Source of the DNA: Mobula hypostoma
Lineage: Eukaryota
Reading direction: 5' to 3'
Length of the DNA stretch: 60,000 nucleotides
NCBI RefSeq assembly: GCF_963921235.1
Contig: NC_086107.1
Coordinates: forward strand, 115,384,001-115,444,000
In this document: positions 51,453 through 60,000 of the stretch, piece by piece
Layout: every line of letters begins with the position of its first letter
Position numbering within the stretch: position 1 is the stretch's first letter
The notes under the pieces: generated by a model
What the model was told of the DNA's origin: nothing
Database searches by the model: none
What the model saw: the letters and a program-made list of their open reading frames with translations, nothing else
Made by a program: the position numbers and the translations under genes

Positions 51453-51834
51453 GTGAGTGGGAGTGGGAATAGACAGATCGCTCTTGGGTCCCAGTTTGAT
51501 CTCTCCCATCTCGCCCTGAACCTTGCCCTTTGGTCTTGATTCTCAACCCCTGGGTGCACATTCTCCTCGGGGGTTAGGGGTTATTAATTCTGCACGACAC
51601 TGTGGGCAAAGAAAGCTGTGCCATTCAAAATTGTGTTAAATTCTCTCTGCCGATCCTCAGGGTCATAGAACTGAGGACAGGAACAGACCCTTCAACCCAC
51701 ATTATCGTGTTCAATCAGTTCAACACCTAACTAACCCTTATGTCCATCACCCTCCATTCTTTATATTCACATGTCTGTCTGGGGTGGGGGTGGAACGTGT
51801 TGCAGACATGATACAGGTACAGCATTTGTCTGCC

Positions 51835-52590
51835 TCCACCCCCACCCCGAGCAGCACGTCCCACCCCCACCCAGACAGCACGTTCCGCCCCCACCCAGAC
51901 AGCACGTTCCACCCCCACCCCAGACAGCACGTTCCACCCCCACCCCAGACAGCACATTTCACCCCCACCCAGACAGCACGTTCCGCCCCCACCCCAGACA
52001 GCACGTTCTACCCCCACCCCAGACAGCACATTCCACCCCCACCCCAGACAGCACATTTCACCCCCACCCAGACAGCACGTTCCACCCCCACCCCAGACAG
52101 CACACTCCACCCCCACCCCAAGCAGCACGTCCCACCCCCCCACCCCGAGCAGCACGTCCCACCCCCACCCCAGAAAGTACTTTCCAGCCCCACCCCAGAC
52201 AGCACGTTCCCCCCACCCCAGACAGCACGTTGCAGCCCCACCCCAGACAGCATGTTCCCCCCCACCCAGACAGCACGCTCCCCCCACCCCGAGCAGCACG
52301 TTCCACCCCCACCCCCGACAGCACGTTCCCCCCCACCCCAGACAGCACGTTCCACCCCCACCCCAGACAGCACGTTCCCCCCACCCCAGACAGCACGTTG
52401 CAGCCCCACCCCAGACAGCATGTTCCCCCCCACCCAGACAGCACGCTCCCCCCACCCCGAGCAGCATGTTCCACCCCCACCCCCGACAGCACGTTCCCCC
52501 CCCACCCCAGACAGCATGTTACCCCCCACCCCAGACAGCACGTCCCACCCCCACCCCAGACAGCATGTTCCACCCCACCCCCGACAGCAC
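51835..52590. repeat. ~24-bp minisatellite (ccccaccccagacagcacgttcca)
   Basis: Direct inspection. Confidence 0.93.
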
Positions 52591-53339
52591 ACTCCAGGCA
52601 CCCACCACTCTGTATTTGAACAAAAAAAATTAAAAATTGAAAGAAAATGCCCTACGTATCTCCTTTGTACTTTCCCCCTCTCTCCTTAAGTGCATGCCCT
52701 CTGGTATTAGACAGTACTGGCCCTTCGCCCACCATGTTGTGCGACCTTTTAACCTTCAACATGGTCAATTTTTCCCTTCCCTCCCACAGTTCCACTTTTC
52801 GATCATCCATGTATCTGCCTGTACCACCACCTTGTCAGAACATTCCACAAACCCACCACTCCCTATCTTTAAAAAAATAAACCCCTCCCTCCCTCAGATA
52901 TCTCCCCTATACCTCACACCATCACGTTAAATGGATGTCCTGTTGTATTAGCCAGTAAGCACCAGCTGTCCGCTCTATCCATGCCTCTTTTCATCTTGTA
53001 CATCTCCATCAAATCACCTCTCCTCCTCTTTCACTTCAAAGACAACAGCTCAAGCTTGCTCAGCCTTTCCTCTTCAGACATGCCCTCTAATCCAGGCAGC
53101 GTCCTGGTAAAGCTCGCCTCTAAAGCTTCCACGTCATTCCTACAATGAGGTGACCAGAAATGAACAGGATCAACCCCAGGGAAAAGGTGCTGGCTGCAAG
53201 TCTAACTGTGCCTCTCGTAATCTGAACCTTACATCCCCTCAGCTTCCACCCCTCCAGAGAAAAGAACCCAAGTTTCTGCAACCTCTCATTGTAGCTCACG
53301 CTCTCTAATCCAGGCAGCATCCTGGTGAACAACTTCTGC

Positions 53340-53610
53340 ACCCTCTCCAAATCCCCCTACCCTCTCCAAAGCCCCCCTACCCTCTCCAAAGCCCCCACAC
53401 CCTCTCCAAAGCCCCCACACCCTCGCCAAAGCCCCCTACCCTCTCCGAAGCCCCCACACCCTCTCCAAAGTCCCCCTACCCTCTCCAAAGCCCCCACACT
53501 TTCTCCAAATCCCCCACACCCTCTCCAAAGCCCCCACACTTTCTCCAAATCCCCCACACCCTCTCCAAAGCCCCCACACCCTCTCCAAAGCCCCCACACC
53601 CACTCAAAGG
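53340..53610. repeat. 20-bp minisatellite (ccctctccaaagcccccaca) expanded inside an antisense CR1
   Basis: Direct inspection; CR1 sequence flanks both sides. Confidence 0.9.
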
Positions 53611-54104
53611 CCCCCACTCCCTTCCTGTAACCAGGTGACCAGAAATGAACGTAATACTCCAGACGTCAGCCTGTGGAGCCACCTTCACGGAGCTGTGAAT
53701 TTGGACCTCAGGATCCCTCAGTAGGTCAACACTGTTAAGGGTCCTGCTGTTAACTGGGCTCTGTCCCTTTCCATTTGACCTCGTAAAGTGCATCACCTCA
53801 CTCTTGCCCGGATTAAACTCCGTCAGCCATTTCTCTGGCCATATTAGCAACTGATGTATATACTGCTGTATCCTTTAGCAATCTTCTCCACTGCCCACAC
53901 CACCACCAACATTGTGACAATCACCAAACCACATCTTCTCCGGGAGCCATGGACAGAGCGATTTGCCACCCATTCGTGTTAGGGATGAAGGGAGTGGGTG
54001 GAGGGGTTTGAGACCAGGGAGCTCGCTATCTGTGGAATTGTCCTATGCAGGCCTGTCGTCAGCCCCTCCCTTACACCCCCCCCCCTTTGTCTGTGTTCCC
54101 ACAG

Positions 54105-54161
54105 AGGCAGCTGTATGAGGAGTATCTGCGGCAGAGTGTGGGAGAGCACGAGACCTTGTGA
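54105..54161 (+). CDS. EHD/dynamin-like NTPase, exon 12 (terminal): RQLYEEYLRQSVGEHETL*
   Basis: Acceptor cccacag; TGA; total spliced CDS 1347 nt = 448 aa. Confidence 0.88.
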   Translation, partial: RQLYEEYLRQSVGEHETL

Positions 54162-54714
54162 CGGGTTACATCGACTGTTCACTGTCAACTGATCCATTTT
54201 ACCTGGTACATTCCACAACTGGAACTCGAGACACGTACAGACACTAACAGTGTCCATCTCTCCCAACTGACAGCACCACCTCAGAAACTGTGAATTAAAG
54301 CATTCCCCTCCCCCTCCCCACCCACTCCCCCTCCCCCTCTCCCTTCCTCCCTCTCCCCCTCCCCTCCCCCCTCCCTTCCTTCCTCTCACCCTCTCTCCCT
54401 CCCCTCCCTCTCTCTCCCCCTCCCTCTCTCTCCCTCTCCCCCTCCCTCTCTCCCTTCCTCCCTCTCACCCTCTCTCCCTCCCCTCCCTCTCTCCCTCCCA
54501 AGTGCCTTGCGTCTGCTTCCCTGTGCAGTGTTGGGGTCGATGTGTGGTCAGGTGGGTATTAGTGGAGGTTGCCCCTCCTGCTCATCACCCGCTCCACCTC
54601 GGGTGGGAACTTGCTGAGAATAACGTGGTTGCAACCTCCCCCCTCCTGACATGCCACTGGTACTGCTGATCTGCTCTGCCCTGCCCTGTACTTTCTACAC
54701 TTTGTACTGACCTG

Positions 54715-54720
54715 AATAAA
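54715..54720 (+). terminator. Candidate polyadenylation signal for the EHD/dynamin-like gene
   Basis: First AATAAA after the stop codon. Confidence 0.6.
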
Positions 54721-54822
54721 ATCTGCAACTGTGACACAACCCGTCTTCTGGGGTGAATGAGTGGGACAGACACACACACACACCAACCACACACAGAAAC
54801 ACACACACAGGGCCGATGGAAT

Positions 54823-54823
<1 letters not shown>

Positions 54824-54883
<60 letters not shown>

Positions 54884-55308
54884 TTCTCACTCTCTCTCTC
54901 TCTCTCTCCCTCTCTCTCTCTCTCTCTTTCTCACTCTCACTCACTGACTCTCACACTCACTCTCTCTCTCACTCTCTCTCTCTCTTTCTCACTCTCTCTT
55001 TCTCACTCTCTCTCTCTCTCTTTCTCACTCTCTCTCTCACTCTCTCTCTCACTCTCCCTCTCTCACTCTCCCTCTCTCTCTCACGCTCTCTCTCTTTCTC
55101 ACTCTCTCTCCCTCTCTCTCTCTCTCACTCTCTCTCTCTCTCTTTCTCACTCTCACTCTCTCTCACTCTCTCTCTTTCTCACTCTCTCTCTTTCTCACTC
55201 TCTCACTCTCTCACTCTCCCTCGCTCTCTCACGCTCTCTCTCTTTCTCACTCTCTCTCTCTCTCTCACTCTCTCTCTCTCTCTCCCACTCTCTCTCTCTC
55301 TCTCACTC
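54824..55308. repeat. (CT)n-rich microsatellite between the two convergent 3' ends
   Basis: Direct inspection. Confidence 0.95.
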
Positions 55309-55444
55309 CCCCCCCCATTGCAGCCTCCATCATGACGCACTTTCTCCCTCCGTCTCTCATATGCGTTCTCTTTCTCATTCAAGTTCTCCTTCTCTCTCAC
55401 ACACGCATGAAGAAAGTACCAAGCCTGTGCTGTGCTTTGCAGTT

Positions 55445-56768
55445 TTTATTCAGTGTCTGGTGCACGTTCCACTTGTGTCTCAGCCCTCCCTTTCCGCTTG
55501 CTATGTGCCGGACCCCCTCCTTGTCCCAGGAGGTGAGGCAAGGTCCACAGCTACAAATTCTGGGCGATGGGGGGCAGGGAGGGCTGCAGCAGGAAAGCTG
55601 AGGGCAGCCTCACTCTGCAAAGGGACTGGGAGAGGGTGTGTGGAGGGTGACTGGGTGAACCTCTGGCTGGCCGGCATACTGCAAGGTGGGGAACCAAGGC
55701 CAGATGAGTCTCAAGAGGATTATCCAAGGAGTGGGGAGAGGGTGGAGAGACAGGAGGCAGAGAGGAGATAAGGTATGAGGAGGAGGCAGATGGGTGGATC
55801 ACGGGGCATGAAGAGAGATTTTAGCAATCGGGATGAGAAAGCTTTATTAGAAGAATGGACAGAGTGACGGGGGAATGAAGTGTAGAGAAGTGTATAGTCG
55901 TGTGTTTGTTTTGGTAGAAGGAATAAAGGCACAGATTATTTTCTAGATGGGGAGCAAATTGAGAAATCGGAAGTGCAAAGAGACTGAAAGTCCAAGTGCA
56001 GGATTCCCAAGGTTGACCTGCAGGTTGAGTCGGTGGAGATGAAGGCAAATGTAAGATTAGCATTCATTTCCAGAGGATTAGAGTATAAAAGCAAAGATGT
56101 AATGCTCAGGCTGATAAGGCATCACTTGGAGTATTGTCAGCAGTTTTGGGCTCTGATCTAAGAACGGATGTGCTAGAATCACAGAGGGCTAAGAAGAGAA
56201 TCACGAAAATTATTCTGAGAACGGAAGGATTAACTGTGAGGAGCGTCTGGCGGCTCTGGGCCTGTACTCACTGGAGTTTAGAAGAATGATGGGGAGGGGG
56301 GCTGGGGGTGGAATCTCGTTGAAGCCGACGGAACATTGAATCTGCAGAGGATGTTTCCAATAGTGAAGTAGTCTAGGACCAGAGGACACATCTTCGATAG
56401 AAAGGCACCCCTTTAGAACAGCGACCGGGGGAATTTCTTTAGCCAGAGGGTGGTGAATCTGTGTAATCCATCACACAGGAGGCCAAGTCATTGGGTATAT
56501 TTAAAGCAGAGGTTGATGAGTTCTTGATTAGTCAGGGCATCAATGGTTACAGGGAGCAGGCAGGAGAATGGGGTGGAGAGCGATAATAAATCAGCCATGA
56601 TGGAATGGGAAAGCAGACACGATGGGCCAAATGGCATAATTCTGCTACTGTCTTGTGGTCTATCCCTTCTGATTCCAAAGAGTCCCACGGCATTCCCAAG
56701 TCCACGTCCAGTCCGAGAGCTTCCTTGCATTCCGGTCCGATGTCCGCTGTGTCCAGTCCTGAGACGCC
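55445..56768 (-). other. nupr1: Probable non-coding terminal exon (3' UTR) of nupr1
   Basis: Acceptor ctcccgcag at 56769; minus-strand AATAAA at 55445-55450 (alternative 55843-55848). Confidence 0.55.
55780..56660 (+). mobile_element. Degenerate CR1 3' fragment
   Basis: cacttggagtattg..cagttttggg; agccagagggtggtgaatctgtg; tcttgtggtc tail. Confidence 0.8.
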
Positions 56769-57221
56769 CTGCGGGAGATGGAGATAATATTGGGTGAAAA
56801 GCACTCTGGTTCGGGGTTCAATGGGACAAGAGGGCAGGTGATGGTGGGCTGGGGCTCCGGGGCAACAGGAACAATGTTGACAGAAAGGGGATCTACGCTG
56901 GGTGGGGGCAGTGAGCGGGGAGGGGAATGGCATGGGAGCAGGAGATTGGATGAGAGGAGAGAGCGGGGGCAGAAGGAGATTGGGGGCAGGACAGGGGGGG
57001 AATTGGAGATGTGAGGGAGAGGGAGGGAAGGAAGCAGTAGATAGGGGAGGAAGAAAATAGGTGGAGGGAATGGTGGGGATGATGGACGGGGAGCAAGAGA
57101 GAGCATGAATGGTGGAACGGAGGGTGAGGGTGGGTGGGAAAGAGGGAGAGGATGGCCAGCAGAGTGTCTGGGATCGGGGCAGCTTATTGTCGACGCCCCT
57201 GGACTCCAGTCCTACCTGCCT

Positions 57222-57352
57222 TCATTTCTCCTTCCTCTTGCGCTCGCTCTGCTGGAGTTTAGCTGCCAGCTTCCTCTCGTGTCCGGCTGGGCTGTGGCGG
57301 TTGGTATGTTCACTCGCTTCCTTTTTACTCCTCCCCTTCCGGCTCCCACCAC
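57222..57352 (-). CDS. nupr1: Nuclear protein 1 (p8), second coding exon: GGSRKGRSKKEASEHTNRHSPAGHERKLAAKLQQSERKRKEK*
   Basis: Closely matches the NUPR1 C-terminal half GGRKGRTKREAAANTNRPSPGGHERKLVTKLQNSERK; acceptor cccacag; donor AG|gtagg 6 nt after the stop. Exon 1 was not found in the window. Confidence 0.92.
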
Positions 57353-57558
57353 CTGTGGGACAGTCAGAAAGGGCTGAGTGTACGGTCTAACCCCACCCAG
57401 GGAAGTGGGGAGTGCCCCTCGCACCCCTGACCTGTAAATGGGGGAGAACTAATGTGGGTTTTGTGTGTAGGGTCTATCCCCCCACCGAGGGAAGAGGACA
57501 GTGTCCCCACATCTGTGGATGGGGTTCAGGTAATGTGGAGAGTGTCCCCTCACACCCG

Positions 57559-57998
57559 ATGTGACGAAAGACTGGATCGATTAGGCTTATACTCGCTGGA
57601 ATTTAGAAGATTGAGGGGGGATCTTATTGAAACGTATAAGATCCTAAAGGGATTGGACAGGCTAGATGCAGGAACATTGTTCCCGATGTTGGGGAAGTCC
57701 AGAACGAGGGGTCACAGTTTGAGGATAAAGGGGAAGCCTTTTAAGACCGAGATGAGGAAAAACTTCTTCACACAGAGAGTGGTGAATCTGTGGAATTCTC
57801 TGCCACAGGAAACAGTTGAGGCCAGTTCATTGCCTATATTTAAGAGGGAGTTGGATATGGCCCTTGTGGCTAAAGGGATCAGGGGGTATGGAGGGAAGGT
57901 TGGTGCAGCGTTCTGAGTTGGATGATCAGCCATGATCATACTGAATGGTGGTGCAGGCTCGAAGGGACAAATGGCCTACTCCTGCACCTATTTTCTAT
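57559..57998 (+). mobile_element. Young CR1 3' end
   Basis: ERLDRLGLYSLEFRRLRGDLIETYK...FFTQRVVNLWNSLP; ttttctatg tail. Confidence 0.92.
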
Positions 57999-60000
57999 GT
58001 GTGAATGGGGTCTCGATAATGTGAGAGTCTCTCACACCCGAAGTGTGAATGGGTTCAGGTAATGTGAGAGTGTCTCCTCACACTCCTGATCAGTGAATGG
58101 GGTCTGGGTAATATGGACAGTGTCCCTCTCTAAACGCGGGAACCGGGTAATGTGGGTTTGTGTGCATGGGCTAACCCCACAAAGGGAGGTGGGAGCTTCG
58201 GACTTGAGGTGTAAGGAAACACTGGACAGGCTGGGACTCTTTTCCCGGAACCTAGGAGACTGAGGGGTGCCCTGCTGGTTTTATAAAACCAATAGGAGTT
58301 TAGATATAAAACCCTGGTGGTTTTACAATAGAAGTTTAGATAGGATGAATGTGCACAGTCCCCAAGGTTGGGGGATCAAGAGCGATGGAGCAGAGGTTTA
58401 ACGTGAGAGGGAAGATGTTTAACAGGGACGCGAGGAGCATCTTTTTCACGCAGGTTCACGGATAGGAAAGGTTAAGGAGCTCAGGGCCACACGGGAAGCA
58501 CCTTGGGGCGGCAGTGACGAGCAGGGAGGGAGACCGTCCTGTAGCTATTCCGCCAGTGTTCATCGGGGGAAGGGCAAAGGGGCGGCCCTGTCGTTGAGTT
58601 GGGCGTTGGGAAGGGAGGTGTGGGTTTCTGTGAAAGAGGTTCCGCGCTCGGAGGGGCGGCGGCGTTCAGAGGGAGCGGATACAGATTTGAACAGCAGGCG
58701 CAAGAGGCGCATTGCTGGCCGCAACACTGCCTGTACGTCAACAAGCCAGCCGGCTGTGGACTTTGCCTCCAAGTCAAAACAAACTTTCTTGGAAACGAGA
58801 GTACAACAAACAGTTCGAGAGGTGCCGAGAACCTTCACAGCCTAAAAAAAGAACACGTCCTTTCTGGTCAAGGAGACCTACCTGTGTTTAAAGAATTGAT
58901 TGATTAAAATGATAACATGCAGAGGGCTGTTAAAAATCTGGTTGAGTGGCGCCACGACTGCCTCTCGCTTAAAACCAGCAAAGCTAATGAGCTGACTGTC
59001 GAGTACAGGAGGAAAAATATAGAACGGTACCGTGCAAGTCTTCGGCCCACAATACTTAATTATCTTAAATGTCCCTAATGTATCTATTTCTATACCTCCA
59101 CCCAGCAGTGGGTTCGATCAATCACCCCTCTATTAGCTCTGCCGCCTTGGGAAAGAGGTACTGACTGTCCAATCTGTCCCTCTTGTCATTTTACTTCTAT
59201 CAAATCACCTCTCAAAGAGAAAAGCCCGAGCTCATTCAACCTTTCCTCATCAGACATGCTCTCTCATCTAGACAGCATCCTGGCAAATCACATCTGCGTT
59301 TCTATAGCCTCTACATCCTTCCTACAATAAGGCGACCAGATCTGAACACGGTATTCCAAGCGAGGTCTAACCGAAGTTTTATAGAGCAGCAACATTACTT
59401 CGCTGCGCTTGAACTCAATCCCCTACAAACGAAGACATGCCTTCTTAACCATCCCATTGACTTGGAGGTATCTGGATTTGGACCCCAAGATCCCTCTGTT
59501 CCTGCCCACCGCTATGAATCCTTATATTCTGCTTCATGTGTGATCTTCCAGAGTGGTATTTTGAAGTCATAGAGCACTACAGCACAGAAAAGGTCCTTCG
59601 GCTCATCTAGTCTGTGCTGACTATTATTCTGCCGACTTCTGGTGACCTACACCTGGGCCATACCCCTCCCATCCATGCAATTATTCAAATCTCTCTCAAA
59701 AATAGCAACCGAACTTGCATCCGTCACTTCCACTGGCAGCTCGTTCCAGGATCTCTCACCACCCTCTGAGCAGGAAAGTTCAACCTCAGTTTTCCTTCAG
59801 GCATTTCACCTTTTACCCTCAACCCATGACCTCTAATGCCTGCTTGCATTTTTCCAAGCTGTACCTCTGTTGATTTTATATTTATAAAATCTCTCCTCAT
59901 TCTCCTTCGCTCTAGGGGGAAGAAAGTCCTAACCTATTCAACTTTCCCCAATGCATCAGGTCTTCAAGTTCCAGCAACATCCTTGTAAACTTTCTCAGCA

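Noticed and set aside
49269..51561. Three 641-746 aa G/R/E-rich ORFs
   Set aside because: Stop-free antisense reading of an 18-bp minisatellite, open in all three frames
58450..58900. CpG-rich patch as nupr1 exon 1
   Set aside because: No acidic/Tyr-rich NUPR1 N-terminus with a suitable phase-1 donor; possibly intronic regulatory DNA

Overview
Repeat-rich vertebrate DNA, most likely from a cartilaginous fish (ray/shark-type CR1, Rex1, V-SINE and Penelope repeats; the taxon is my inference). I assembled four genes by reading splice sites by hand. (1) A single-coding-exon immunity-related GTPase (IRG) at 9756-10934 (+), interrupted by one in-frame TAG. (2) A four-exon tyrosinase-family gene at 28085->20670 (-), about 502 aa. 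It has a signal peptide, six metal-binding His and TYR-type intron positions, but no transmembrane or cytosolic tail, so it is predicted to be secreted. (3) A 12-exon, 448-aa uncharacterised EHD/dynamin-like P-loop NTPase with two C-terminal hydrophobic helices at 30048-54161 (+). It lies head-to-head with the tyrosinase-like gene across a promoter containing 7-8 ZNF143/THAP11-type motifs. (4) The 3' part of nupr1 (-), convergent with gene 3. The rest is LINE fragments, two solo LTRs with TSDs, hAT and Tc1 remnants, and many micro- and minisatellites. Most long ORFs in the supplied track are simple-repeat artefacts.
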